A stretch of DNA of 64,000 nt from Longimicrobiales bacterium (GTDB lineage: Bacteria > Gemmatimonadota > Gemmatimonadetes > Longimicrobiales > Gaopeijiaceae). The notes under the pieces were generated by a model. That model had not been told where the DNA came from. It saw nothing but the letters and a program-made list of their open reading frames with translations, and did not search any database. The position numbers were made by a program, and so were the translations under genes. Shown here in pieces: positions 19,944-30,558 of the stretch. Within the stretch, counting starts at the first letter, position 1. The number at the start of each line of letters is the position of its first letter. The stretch is taken from positions 1,696,001 through 1,760,000 of the forward strand of contig CBDBCF010000001.1 in assembly GCA_965202985.1 (NCBI GenBank), in the 5' to 3' direction.

Positions 19944-21066
19944 AAGCGCGCCGTCGCATCTCCATTGGGGTCAGGCCGAGGACTTCGGCGGCGCGTTCGA
20001 GCGACACGCGGTTGCTTTCCAGGGCCTGTCGCACGAGCCGGGACAGCCGGTCGTTCACGAAGTCGTGGGGCGAGACGCCGTCCGGTTCGCCGGATCGGAG
20101 CCAGTCCCAGGCGAACTCGCTGCGCTCCACGGCCGCCGGCTGATCTTCCGTGCGCAGCGTTCTGCCGAACCGCTCCTTGTACTGGTGCCGAAACGCCGGC
20201 CACGCGGCGCGAGTCGCTCGGCCCGACGCGACGAGCCGGAACAGAACCGTCTTGTAGCTGACCTTGAACATTCGCTTGACCTTCAAGACGCGAACGATCA
20301 GCGGCTGGCCGCGGGTTGCCGACCACTCGGGTCCGAACGCCGGTTCGGGCATCAAGAACTCGCTGGCGAACGCGTCGGCTTCCCGCTCGGCGTCGTGGGA
20401 AAGGTCGGTCGCGTTCCGGGCGTAGTCGGAGGGATGAAGCAGCAGGTGTCCCAGCTCGTGGGCCGCCGTGAAGATCCAGCGCTCCACCGAGAGGCGTCGC
20501 CACGTGTTCGCGACTACGGCCGGACCACTGCCTCCGGCTCCGACGCCGAGGCCGAAGAACGAGTCTCGCGGCTTGTCCAGCAGCAGCACCTTGACGCCGT
20601 TGTCTTCGAGGAGGCCGCAAACGTCGCGAATCGGCTCGCGGGGGCCAAGGCCGACGGCATGTCGTGCGCGCCTAGCGGCCTGGATCGGCGAACTGGCCCA
20701 CGCCGGGTCCCAGGACGCTCCGAACCGAAACGGCAGGCGCTCGTCGAGACGCGCTTCCATCTCCTCGTAGCCGGCCAGCCACTCCGAGACCTCCGCCAGA
20801 ATCTGGCCGCGGGAGTGGACCTTGGACCGTGGTCGGAACCTCACGTTGTCCAGCGGCGGCGCGACCGCCACCAGATCGGCGACCTGCACGCCGAGCGCTT
20901 CCGCCAGCGCCCGCAGGGTTCCCGCGCGCGGCAGAGTGGTCCCCCTCTCGGCCTTTCCCACCGTGACCCGAGAGAGCCCGGCGTTCTTGGCCAGCTCCTC
21001 CTGCGTGAGGTCCCGGCCCAGTCGCAACCGGGCCAGATTCGCGCCGATCCGGGCTTCGTCCGTCAT
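19915..21066 (-). CDS. XRE HTH fused to an ImmA/IrrE (M78) metallopeptidase
   Basis: LTQEELAKNAGLS HTH and FTAAHELGH...EREADAFASEFLMP. Confidence 0.93.
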   Translation of the reverse strand: MTDEARIGANLARLRLGRDLTQEELAKNAGLSRVTVGKAERGTTLPRAGTLRALAEALGVQVADLVAVAPPLDNVRFRPRSKVHSRGQILAEVSEWLAGYEEMEARLDERLPFRFGASWDPAWASSPIQAARRARHAVGLGPREPIRDVCGLLEDNGVKVLLLDKPRDSFFGLGVGAGGSGPAVVANTWRRLSVERWIFTAAHELGHLLLHPSDYARNATDLSHDAEREADAFASEFLMPEPAFGPEWSATRGQPLIVRVLKVKRMFKVSYKTVLFRLVASGRATRAAWPAFRHQYKERFGRTLRTEDQPAAVERSEFAWDWLRSGEPDGVSPHDFVNDRLSRLVRQALESNRVSLERAAEVLGLTPMEMRRRAYDWGACGEP

Positions 21067-21338
21067 GGGGGCTCTGGGGTCGGGGAGGGGCGACCCGCTC
21101 CGTTCTTGATGTGTTCAATCCTACATTCATTGTAGAAATGATGCGAATACTTCGGAAGGAGAATCTATGAATTCGCCTTTCCCGCTCGGGGAATTCCGCC
21201 CCACCGGGGACGGCGCAGTGCCGGAAAAAGTCAGGCCGATCCAGCTATCCAAACGCCCAATTCTCGGCCACATCATTAAGGCGCAGGCGGACCGCGCCGC
21301 CCGTCGCACCCACCCATCGCCACCACAGGAGACGCCGA

Positions 21339-22502
21339 ATGAAGACAAGAACACTACGAGGAAGCCATTCCAAGGCACCCGTGACGAGGACGGTCGGCCG
21401 GGCGCGTTGCGGCCTCCGCGCTTCCTGCGCCCTCGTTCTAGCCTGGGCCGTCTTCGCCTTCGCGGCCTGCGGCGTGGAAGACGCTCCGCCCGGGTCGGCG
21501 GTCCTCTCCGAACCGTCGTCCGAAGCGACGGCCTCGAGCGCGTTGGGAGACGCCTTCGAGATCGTGGGCTCCTTCGAACTGGAGGAGAGCGACGAGGTCG
21601 TCACCGTTCGGCCGATGGTGACGGCGGGAGAACCCGGGGAGTTGCTGGTCACCGAGCCCATGGAGGGCCAGGTGCGCGTCTACGACGAGGACGGCCGGCT
21701 TCGGGCAAACCTCGGAAGGAAGGGAGACGGCCCCGGCGAGTTCACGGTCCCGATGACGGCGCACAGGGCTCGGGACGGCGACCTGCTGATCGCCGATCCC
21801 GTCCAGGCGCGCCTGACCTTTCTGGCCTCCGGCGCCCCCGATTCGGTCCAGGCCGCAGACGTGACCGGCATCGTCCTGGTCGGTGCGCACCATCTGGGCG
21901 GGGACCGCTACTTGCTGGCCGGCCACAGGATGGGTCCGGGCGGAGCGCCGGGAGAGTTCCTGCACCGGTGGAACCGCAGCACCGGCGAGATCGAGCAGAG
22001 CTTTCTGCCCATGAGGGTTCCGGAGGAGATGCGGGCTCTGGCCCTCAGCATGACCGGCGTGGCGGCGGTGGTGGAGGCCGACACGATCTGGGCGGCGTGG
22101 AGCATTCCGGACACGCTGTACAAGTTCACCACGGACGGCGACCGTCTTGCCGCGATCCCGCTTGCGTTGCCTCGCGTGGGAGCCGCGACTCCCAGGGGCG
22201 GCGAAGCGACCCGGGACCCCGTCTCGATGCAGGAAGAGTTCGACGCCGTCACGCAAATCATGAACATCTTTCTGCTCGGCGGTGGGGAGGTCGTGATTCA
22301 GTCGATGCAGACCCGGGGCAACGACGCGGTGTGGGACCTGCTGGTAGTGGACAGGGAAGGGAACGATCTGTGGAAGCGGACGGACACGCCCCGCCTGTAC
22401 GTCGTCGCGAACGACCTGTTCCACTTCCAGGATCCGTCGTCGGTGCACCCCAACAAGTGGATCGTCGCCAAGTGGGCCGGGGAAGCGGCCGGCGGCGGGT
22501 AA
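21339..22502 (+). CDS. 6-bladed beta-propeller lipoprotein
   Basis: Lipobox FAAC and GRKGDGPGEF motif. Confidence 0.8.
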   Translation: MKTRTLRGSHSKAPVTRTVGRARCGLRASCALVLAWAVFAFAACGVEDAPPGSAVLSEPSSEATASSALGDAFEIVGSFELEESDEVVTVRPMVTAGEPGELLVTEPMEGQVRVYDEDGRLRANLGRKGDGPGEFTVPMTAHRARDGDLLIADPVQARLTFLASGAPDSVQAADVTGIVLVGAHHLGGDRYLLAGHRMGPGGAPGEFLHRWNRSTGEIEQSFLPMRVPEEMRALALSMTGVAAVVEADTIWAAWSIPDTLYKFTTDGDRLAAIPLALPRVGAATPRGGEATRDPVSMQEEFDAVTQIMNIFLLGGGEVVIQSMQTRGNDAVWDLLVVDREGNDLWKRTDTPRLYVVANDLFHFQDPSSVHPNKWIVAKWAGEAAGGG

Positions 22503-22598
22503 GGCGTAGAGTATGACCCAAGTCGGCGGCCCGCTCGGGGCGGTCGACAGTCGAGAAGCAACAACACTGAGCAAACCAACCTCAAGGAGAAAACAACG

Positions 22599-22844
22599 AT
22601 GAGAACAACCAAGAGAACGAGCAGCACGAAGGCTGGAACGATCAGGGCGGTCAAGGTCGCGGGGTTCGCACTCGCGCTGCTGGCCGGGGCACCGGCGTCG
22701 GAGCCCTTCGTTACCGGGGGCCAAGGGACGCAACTGGCAGCCCAGGTGAAGGGCATGCAGGGTACCAAAGGCTTGTGGGTCTTCAAGTGGTGCGAGGGTA
22801 GCTGCCCCGGACGCGGGGCCTACTGCTGCGGCACCGCCGTGTAG
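22599..22844 (+). CDS. Small exported Cys-rich peptide
   Basis: AAGGAGA RBS, signal-like N-terminus, C-terminal CEGSCPGRGAYCC. Confidence 0.7.
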   Translation: MRTTKRTSSTKAGTIRAVKVAGFALALLAGAPASEPFVTGGQGTQLAAQVKGMQGTKGLWVFKWCEGSCPGRGAYCCGTAV

Positions 22845-23151
22845 CGCCGTTCGCGTTCAGCAGATGGATCGGCCACGGGCCGGGCTGGGCCCGGTTCCGA
22901 TTGGCTGAAGCCGGTTAGTTGAAGGGGGTCGTCGCAGAGGCCCCGACCCGGCGTAGAATGAGCAGACCCCCAAGGTCCTTCCCCGGCCCGAGCCGGCGGA
23001 CTCGTGGCTGGATCGTCACGGGTCCGTCGGCGTTTGGCTGCCGGTGCGCTCCGCTATTTGGTGCCCACAGCGGCGACCCCGCGAGCCGGGACGCCCGCCA
23101 ACCCATCCGGCAGACGGCCCCGCCCGCGGTTCGACGGCTGCTTGGCGCCGG

Positions 23152-23700
23152 CTACCCGAACCTGACCGCAGGTCTCTCGGGCGCCGAGGCCGCGACCTGC
23201 TTGGCCCCCGGATCGTCGTCGCGGTCGTCCTCGTCTTCCTCCACCTCCGGCGACGGCGGGCAGTAGGCGCGCCAAGCCGTCGCGACCGGAGTCGGCCCTT
23301 GGAGGACGAACGAGCCGCCGCTCCGGCACACGTCCTCCTGCAGCGCCCTGGCCATGCACTGCCGGAAGGCGTCGAGTTCGCCCCGGTTGCTGGGGTTCCC
23401 TATGGCGCACACGGCTTGGGAGGACTCGGGTCCGTCCTCGGGAACCGCCGAGCTCGGGTCCAGCTTGCCGACCCGGAAGGACCGGTCGGTGGCGCCGGCG
23501 AAGGTGACCGTGACCGGGCTGCCCAGCGCTTCGGCGGCCGCGAAGATCGACGTCCACGGGTTGTCCGTGGCGGGCTCGGGAGTCTCGGGGGTCCGCTCCG
23601 CGAGCTGCGTGGGCGAGCGGTCGTCCCCGCAGGCGGCGACCAGGATGGTCAGCGCCAGCGCGGCGAAGGCCGCCCGTCCGATGGTGGTGATGCGTCTCAT
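23152..23700 (-). CDS. Hypothetical lipoprotein
   Basis: AGGAG RBS and lipobox LVAAC. Confidence 0.7.
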   Translation of the reverse strand: MRRITTIGRAAFAALALTILVAACGDDRSPTQLAERTPETPEPATDNPWTSIFAAAEALGSPVTVTFAGATDRSFRVGKLDPSSAVPEDGPESSQAVCAIGNPSNRGELDAFRQCMARALQEDVCRSGGSFVLQGPTPVATAWRAYCPPSPEVEEDEDDRDDDPGAKQVAASAPERPAVRFG

Positions 23701-23857
23701 GAGTTGCTCCTGGCGAGAGTCCGGCCGCTTCGCCCGCCCTCCCTGGCGAGCCCGCGCTCCGGTGTGTGCCAGTGGATACTCCAGAAATCGAGATTTGTTC
23801 CATTTGGCCCGAAGAGGGGTCCGAGCGACCCGCCTTGGAGCCGGCGCGGATGCGCGG

Positions 23858-24960
23858 TCAGCGGCCTCCCCGCAGCGTCCCGGGCAGCCGACGCACCACG
23901 ACGACCGGCACGTCGAACTCGTCGGCTTCCTCCCAGGCGACGAGCCCGCGGGGGCCGAACGCGTCGGGCATGGCAGGAGAGCCGGGGGCGAGGGTACCCA
24001 GGTACTGACCGTCCGCGGTCAGGATGTCGATGGGACCGTCTTCGCCCGGCACATCGCCGTTGCGCTGGATCCAGATCGCGCCCTCCCAGCCGGTCTTCAG
24101 CCCGCCAACGACCGGGAACTCGTGGTAGAACTCGGCATCCTGGGCCTCCTGCCGAAGGAAGCTGATTCCGATGGCGGCCAAGCCGCTCAACCCGGCTCGC
24201 TACGCGTTGCGCTCCATCCGGTCGGCCTGAGCCAGCAAGTCCTCCTTGTAGGCCGTGCGAACGCGGTCGGTCACGGACGCGGGCGGCATGGGCCTCGCGA
24301 GCACGCCGTATGGCGCGTTCGCGTCCCCCGGGGCGGCGATCTTGATTGAGTAGGCCGACGAGTCGGAGAACGCGACGCCGCCATCGGGAAGGACGCCTGC
24401 GAACAGCGCCGGCGCCAGGGCCAGATGGCCGTCGTCGGGTCGCCATGCTTCCGCAACGGCTTCGGAGGCGGCTTCCGGGCCGTCCAGAACAAAGCGCTCG
24501 ACGAAGCCGCGCTTTCCGGAAGACGGGCCTCCCTCTCCCCGCCTGACGCGGTCCACGGCGCCGGTCGAGATCACGTCCCTGTCGGCGGTGGCTTGCAGTC
24601 CGGGAATGCCGACCAACGCCCCGGTGCCTAGCGGCACCATTCGCTCGAAGTCGCCGGTGGGCCCGTAGACGTGGAACGCGCTCCGAACCATTTCGTACAC
24701 GACGACGCGACCGTTCCTCAAAACGGCGAGGTGCGCCCCCGCAGCGGAACGAAGTTCGCCCGGCCGTCGCCTTTCCCCCCGATCGCGCGGACGAAGCCGC
24801 CCTCGGGGTCGGCGACCACGATCTGGAGCGACCTCCCGTCGAACACATACAGCTTTCCCTCGTCGTCGAACGCCAGCCCGTCGATGCCGCCGAAGCTCGT
24901 TCCTCTCGGCCTCCGTCGCTTCGCACCCGTCCCGTCGCGCTCGGGCTCGCTCGCGCAGCC
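23858..24960 (-). pseudogene. 6-bladed beta-propeller pseudogene
   Basis: GGKGDG|PGEL split by a frameshift near 24763; in-frame TAG at 24200-24202; no clear 5' end. Confidence 0.75.
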
Positions 24961-25054
24961 GGCGATCAAGCCGGTTTGACGAACCCCCGCAACGGGACTT
25001 ACCGTAGTTGTTACTGTCTGAACGCCGCAATCGCGAACACGGAGGCCGAGACTC

Positions 25055-25687
25055 ATGACCGAGCAGAAGACCAGCCGGAACCTAGCCCGCCCGACCCTGC
25101 TGGCGGGAGCCGCCCTTGCCGCCCTGGTGGCGTGCGACCCGCCCGCCTCCAACGGAAACTCCGAAAACAGCGTGGACGTGGAGGTCACCGTTTCGACCGC
25201 AACGCCGACGGCAGAGGCGACCACGGACGCGACCGGCGCCACGGCCGCGGATGCTCAGCGCAAGGCGGACGCAATCTCCATGACGAAGGTTCGGATCGTC
25301 GGCACCGACGTTGTCGCGGTGGGAGAAGCCGATATCGTGTACGTAGACGGAGTCCGCGTGCAGCCGGAAGCCGAGGCCGTCCCCGCGCAGCCGCTCCTGT
25401 ACGTGGACGGCGTCCGCGTGGACCACGGGGGCGCTAGCAGACAGGAAGTGCTGGACGCCTTGGACCCCGCAAGCATCGACCGCGTGGAGGTGCTCAAGGG
25501 CTCGGCCGCCGTGGAGCTTTATGGCGACGAGGCTTCGAACGGCGTCATCCAGATCTTCCTCAACGAAGAGGAGGACGCGGATGTCGTGCGGAAAGCCCTG
25601 GGCAGCGTCCTGACCGGAATCGGCCAAGGGATCAGCCGAACCGGCGAAGGGATCAAGAAGGCGGGGGAGCGCCTGCGGAAGAAGTAG
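25055..25687 (+). CDS. Lipoprotein with a standalone TonB-receptor plug-like domain
   Basis: Lipobox LVAC; PLLYVDGV...IDRVEVLKGSAAVELYG...NGVIQI. Confidence 0.8.
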   Translation: MTEQKTSRNLARPTLLAGAALAALVACDPPASNGNSENSVDVEVTVSTATPTAEATTDATGATAADAQRKADAISMTKVRIVGTDVVAVGEADIVYVDGVRVQPEAEAVPAQPLLYVDGVRVDHGGASRQEVLDALDPASIDRVEVLKGSAAVELYGDEASNGVIQIFLNEEEDADVVRKALGSVLTGIGQGISRTGEGIKKAGERLRKK

Positions 25688-25715
25688 GCAAGCCCCCAAC
25701 CGTGGCTCCCATGCT

Positions 25716-26224
25716 GTGACGACAACGCACTACACGGACGAGGCCCTTGAACGCCTCAAAAGGCTTCCGAAGAAAGTGACCAATCCGAAAACACAGTGGA
25801 TCGAAAAGCCGGGCGGCGAATTCGCGCATCGACAGCGGACCTTCAAGGCCGAGTCGGTAGAGCCGGGAAAGCAGCCGAAACGGTTCCATGTATATCTTCG
25901 CCAGAGCGTTGCCGACGCAAGTGATTTCTCATGCGGGATCGTTTACCAGTCACGAGACGGCAACAGGCGGTTCTGGCAAGGTACAATGGATCGAGTCACG
26001 CACATGGAATAGACATAAGGTACGAACCGCACATTCATCGCACAACAGCTGCCGCCATCGCAGCCAACAGGAAGCCGGACTCAACGGCCGAGGCGACCGA
26101 CAGGTACAGTACACTGGAGGATGCGTTTGAATGCTTGATCCACGATTATTGCATCACAGGGATTCATGACCGCGACCACGAGGAGATTCGCGACCGCCAG
26201 ATGGACTTGTTCAATGGCGCTTGA
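25716..26224 (+). pseudogene. Frameshifted hypothetical gene (DUF1828 partner)
   Basis: ORFs 25716-26012 and 25931-26224 join near 25965 (...FSCGIVY...|VLARYNGSSHAH...PHIH). Confidence 0.6.
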
Positions 26225-27002
26225 CGTCGACAGCCTGCAGCGGACGTTGTGCAAAGAACTTTGCCGGGATGTTCGTCTTGAGCGCCGGCCGGACGGCGCC
26301 CTCATGCTCGCCACCTCCTTCGAGTTCCCCGATGGGGACCATTACCCGATCCATGTCTCGGAGGTGACGGGTGGCCTCCGGCTGTCGGATCGAGGACACA
26401 CATTGATGCGCATCAGCTACGATCACGATGTGGATGCATTTCTGGCCGGCAGTCGCGGACTCTTGCTGGAGCAGATCATGGCCGAGACCGGCTTGACGAG
26501 GAACGGCGGCGCGTTCGTGTTCGACACGACGACCGAGCAGTTCTCCGAGGCCGTCTTTCGCTACGGACAGGCCATGACTCGTGTCTTCGACTTGACAATG
26601 CTGTCTCGGTCGCGGGTTGTTTCCACTTTCTATGACGATCTGGCGGATCTGATCGGCGAGACGGTCGACTTCGAGAGAGTGCAGCGCGACTACCGGCCGA
26701 ACGAAGTGCCCAACGCCGATGCGTACTCGGTCGACTATAGAATCGAGGGGAAGGACGACGCTCCTCTCTTCTTGTATGGCGTGCCAAACCGAGACAAGGC
26801 GCGGCTCACCACCATTATGTTGGCCCACTTCCATCGACATGAGCTGTCCTTCGAGTCCATCATCGTATTCGAGGACCAGCAGAAGATACCTCGGCTGGAC
26901 TTGGCACGGTTGTCGGACGTTGGCGGCGATATGGTGTCGTCGTTGGAGTCAAGGGACGACTTGGCGCGAAAGGTTAGCAGGCGAATAGGGATCGCGGCGT
27001 AG
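26214..27002 (+). CDS. DUF1828 domain protein
   Basis: TSFEFPDGDHYPIHV...LRLSDRGHTL motif. Confidence 0.75.
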   Translation: MALDVDSLQRTLCKELCRDVRLERRPDGALMLATSFEFPDGDHYPIHVSEVTGGLRLSDRGHTLMRISYDHDVDAFLAGSRGLLLEQIMAETGLTRNGGAFVFDTTTEQFSEAVFRYGQAMTRVFDLTMLSRSRVVSTFYDDLADLIGETVDFERVQRDYRPNEVPNADAYSVDYRIEGKDDAPLFLYGVPNRDKARLTTIMLAHFHRHELSFESIIVFEDQQKIPRLDLARLSDVGGDMVSSLESRDDLARKVSRRIGIAA

Positions 27003-27021
27003 CGGGACGCCTTGGACGGAC

Positions 27022-27294
27022 ATGGAGACCTACGAAGACTGGGCGAGGGGCCACGAGCAGCGGGGGTGGGAGCGGGGCCGAGCGCAAGGCCGGGCCGAGC
27101 AAGGCCGGTCGATGGTGCTGCGACTGGCTTCGCGGCGGTTCGGAGCGGAGACGGCGCAGCGGTTGGAGGGGCTGGTGGAGGGGATGGGCGCGAAGGAGTT
27201 GGCTCGGGTCGGGGACGCGGTCGTGGACTGCGACACCGGCGACGAGCTGCTGGAGACCGCGGAGAACGGAGCTGGCAAACGCCGTCCGCGCTAG
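27022..27294 (+). CDS. Orphan Rpn/DUF4351-like C-terminal domain
   Basis: (G-x-E/A-x-G)n repeats followed by RLASRRFG...ELARVGDAVVDC. Confidence 0.6.
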   Translation: METYEDWARGHEQRGWERGRAQGRAEQGRSMVLRLASRRFGAETAQRLEGLVEGMGAKELARVGDAVVDCDTGDELLETAENGAGKRRPR

Positions 27295-27321
27295 CACAGC
27301 CCAGCTGGGCTGCGTTGCCAG

Positions 27322-28023
27322 CTAAACCAGCAGCTTCCTGAACGTCCAGCCGCCGTAGAGGAGACTCTTGTAGAAGCGGCGGGGCTCGCCGAAGCCCGCC
27401 TCCAGGGCCAGAGCGACCGTGCGCTCCGGCGACGCGAAGTGGATGCCGGTGCGGATCATTTCGTCGAAATGCGGCTTGTCCTTGGCGTTCATGCCCATGA
27501 GCGTCCAATAGCGCTGCCAGGCAGGCATGTAGCGTGCGTACTCGTCGGAATCGGGGTCGCCTTGGAGATCGAAGAAGACAAAGGCTCCTCCCGGCCTAAC
27601 CCGCTCCGCTATCGATCGGAGCAACGACGCCTTGCTGCCGTCGTCGGGGACGAAATGGAGCACGTTGACAAGCGTGGCGGCGTCGAACAGCGGCGGCACG
27701 ACCACGTCTTCCGCGTAGCCGAGCTGGTAGGTGATCCCGTTGACGTTGCCGGCCTCCTCGACGCGGCGCCGGGCCAAGTCCAGCATCTGTCGGGACGGAT
27801 CGACGCCGTGGAGCGTCAAGTCCGGTCGCGCCCACTTAAGCGTAACGAGCTCGATGCCGGTGCCCGCGCCGACCACTAGAACGCGGCCTCCCGCCGGCAG
27901 ATCGGGCTCAAGAAGCGCCGCGATCATGGGGAACAGCGTTTCGTACCCGGGCACGACCTGCCGGGCCAGTCCCTCGTACTCTTCCCCGTACCGACCCTCG
28001 AAGTCGAAGGCATCCTCGTTCAT
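27322..28023 (-). CDS. Class I SAM-dependent methyltransferase (CmoA-like)
   Basis: VLVVGAGTG and GVDPS motifs. Confidence 0.85.
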   Translation of the reverse strand: MNEDAFDFEGRYGEEYEGLARQVVPGYETLFPMIAALLEPDLPAGGRVLVVGAGTGIELVTLKWARPDLTLHGVDPSRQMLDLARRRVEEAGNVNGITYQLGYAEDVVVPPLFDAATLVNVLHFVPDDGSKASLLRSIAERVRPGGAFVFFDLQGDPDSDEYARYMPAWQRYWTLMGMNAKDKPHFDEMIRTGIHFASPERTVALALEAGFGEPRRFYKSLLYGGWTFRKLLV

Positions 28024-28043
28024 ACGGCGTTCTCCCGTCACCG

Positions 28044-29612
28044 TTAGAGAAGCGAAGGCTGCGCAGCGGAGCGCAACTCGGGCAAGTCGTCGAGGAGAGC
28101 GTCAGCAGGGAACCGAGCCAGCTCCCCAGGCTCCACCTTGTGCAAACCGCCTCCATAGGTTCGCCCTCCCCAGCGCCACTCTTGCTCCACGATCCGGCGA
28201 AGCGACGCCCAGGTCGCGTCTTGTACGGAGGCGTCCTGCGCCATTTGCGACAGCCTGCCCTTGGGATACAGCATCAGATAAACGTTGGTGGCGATCGCCT
28301 GCGACCGGTTGTGGATGACGCGAAACGGCGCCTTGCCGCACGACGAGCGACCCATGTAGGTGCAAAGAAACGGCGTCGGGTCGCGGTGTTCCTGTGCGTA
28401 CCACGGATTGCGCCGCAACGCCAAGTAGCCCTTGTGAAGGCCGGCGTCTTCACCGCTCGTCAGGTACGCCGCAGCCCCCGGCGCGTCTTTGGCCAAGTCG
28501 TCGTGACGCACGTGACAATCGAACAGAAAGAGTTTCCGGTCCAGCTGCGGGTTGCCGCGGTCGTCCCCGTTCACAACGTCCGTTCCCAGGTGGCGTGGGC
28601 TGGGCAAGACCGGCGTCAAGAAACGCGACGGAATCGACAGTGCCGCCGCTTTGGCTTCGTCCACTACAAAGAAGCGATTGGCGCCCGTGCCGATGCCGCG
28701 TCGGATCGAGAAGAAGTCGCCCAGCACTGTTCCCCGGTTCGTGTGCAGCGTTTCGGTAGCGCGAGTGTAGGGGTCGGGAAACCGTGTCCATTTCGGCTCA
28801 TCGCGCAGCTCTGCTGTGGTCACGCGGCATCGAGATCTCGGTTCCGCAATCGATCCGCCGAAGGTGAACTCGGGCCTGCCGTCTTGTCCTGAAGCTCTGT
28901 TGCGGAACCAAACGACCGCAGAGGACACGAGCGCGTCGCCGAACTGAACTTCAGCCGGATCGAAACGATGCACTCTCAGCAGATCGACATGCGCCAGCAG
29001 GTATCGCTTGACCGCGGAGCCGTAGTTCACGTCCATGAACTCGCTGGGCACCAGCCACGCGGACATTGCGTCCGGATTGAGCCACTTGTGGCCAAGAAGC
29101 ATGAAGTAGACGTAGAGCCCCGCCAGCCCGGACACGCGAATTCCCAGCTCCTTGTAGACCTGGGCTGCCAGGCGGGTCTTTGTCGCCGGCACGATATGGT
29201 GATGCCGAACGTAAGGCGGATTGCAGACGATCAAGTCCACCAGACCCATACCGTCGTCGCGCGGGGGCTCGACAGTTGTAAAGTCTCGGAAGTCCAGGGC
29301 GAGACCCGTCGGTTCCCACAGTTCGCGTGCGGGCGCACCGTAGTGAGCGTCGATCTCGTGACCTCGAGCCGTCTTGACCTCGCCCGGCGGAAAGACGCGA
29401 AGCAACGCCGAATAGAAGGCGCCCGTGCCAAACGCCGGGTCCAAGAACGCCAACTCGGCGTCCTCGTCCAGCATTCCCCGCGTGGCGCGGACGATCTCCA
29501 GTGCCAGTGGTCCCGGTGTGGCGAACTGGCCTAGAACGTTCCTCTCCCGCCGCGTCTTGAGATCGTCCAGCGCGATCTGAAGGCGGGATCGGCGGTCCTC
29601 AAGGTGGTTCAT
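28044..29612 (-). CDS. N6-adenine DNA MTase (gamma class, XamI-type system)
   Basis: GQFATP, LDPAFGTG and CNPPY; ATGA overlap with the REase stop. Confidence 0.92.
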   Translation of the reverse strand: MNHLEDRRSRLQIALDDLKTRRERNVLGQFATPGPLALEIVRATRGMLDEDAELAFLDPAFGTGAFYSALLRVFPPGEVKTARGHEIDAHYGAPARELWEPTGLALDFRDFTTVEPPRDDGMGLVDLIVCNPPYVRHHHIVPATKTRLAAQVYKELGIRVSGLAGLYVYFMLLGHKWLNPDAMSAWLVPSEFMDVNYGSAVKRYLLAHVDLLRVHRFDPAEVQFGDALVSSAVVWFRNRASGQDGRPEFTFGGSIAEPRSRCRVTTAELRDEPKWTRFPDPYTRATETLHTNRGTVLGDFFSIRRGIGTGANRFFVVDEAKAAALSIPSRFLTPVLPSPRHLGTDVVNGDDRGNPQLDRKLFLFDCHVRHDDLAKDAPGAAAYLTSGEDAGLHKGYLALRRNPWYAQEHRDPTPFLCTYMGRSSCGKAPFRVIHNRSQAIATNVYLMLYPKGRLSQMAQDASVQDATWASLRRIVEQEWRWGGRTYGGGLHKVEPGELARFPADALLDDLPELRSAAQPSLL

Positions 29613-30558
29613 AGGCCGAATTCTGCCAGGTCGTCGACGCGGTGCTCCCACACCCAGTCGATGCCCTCTGCCGCTTCATACCCCAGCTAGCCAGAGTCGA
29701 AGTAGCCCCCAAGAAACAGTACAAACCGAGTATCAGAGCCGTACCGATTGCAAAGATGCCGGGCCTTGGCTGCCTCTTCCTTTCGCCGCTTATTAACGTT
29801 CGCATAGTCGCCTGCTGATTTTGCTTCGACAAAGAGCGGCAGATCGTCGGGCCGACTGCGGCGAGGTTGAATCACTGCGTCAATCGGAATGTTGACTATC
29901 CCTGCACCCACGTTGTCCATCCAGCCCTGCACGCCCATGTGAAATGCGAAGGTTCCCGGAGGCATCGCCGTGGGCTCCGCAGTTTCACCGGGCCGAAGCA
30001 GCCGATAACCACGACCTTCAAGCCAACTACGTATTCGGCCAAGCTGTCTCTTCTCCTGCGCGTTTCGAATGATCGGATGCGCCATGACTCCACATAGCCT
30101 GTCCGCCACCACCATAGCTGTCCGGCGAACTTCCTCGTCCGTAGGGTTTCGTTGCTCTGGAATCCATGGACAGATCTCGCTGTCGATCAATCGTGCTATG
30201 ACGTTGCAGATGCGCGCCAAACCGTCTTCGAGATCACTGGCGGCTATTCGGACAGGCACAGCCGCCTTCTTTTCCATCGTCGCGACTAGATTCCTCGCTA
30301 CATCAGCAATTCCAGTGATACGATCTCGTGCGAGGGGAGGGCATGTGATCATCCGCAGTGTCGGCAGTATCCCCGGGTTGCTCTTGAGCACTGTTGGGTT
30401 GACGTAGGCGAATTTTCCCGTCTTGGTCATTGCGTCCCGTACGCGTGCTGCGGCTTCTGCGCGTTGTTCGCGAAAAGCCGCCGGTGCTCGCGCCAAGAAC
30501 CACCGGTTGTACGCATCGACAGACTCGGCGATGTCCGCCTTCCATCGCTCCGGTCTGT

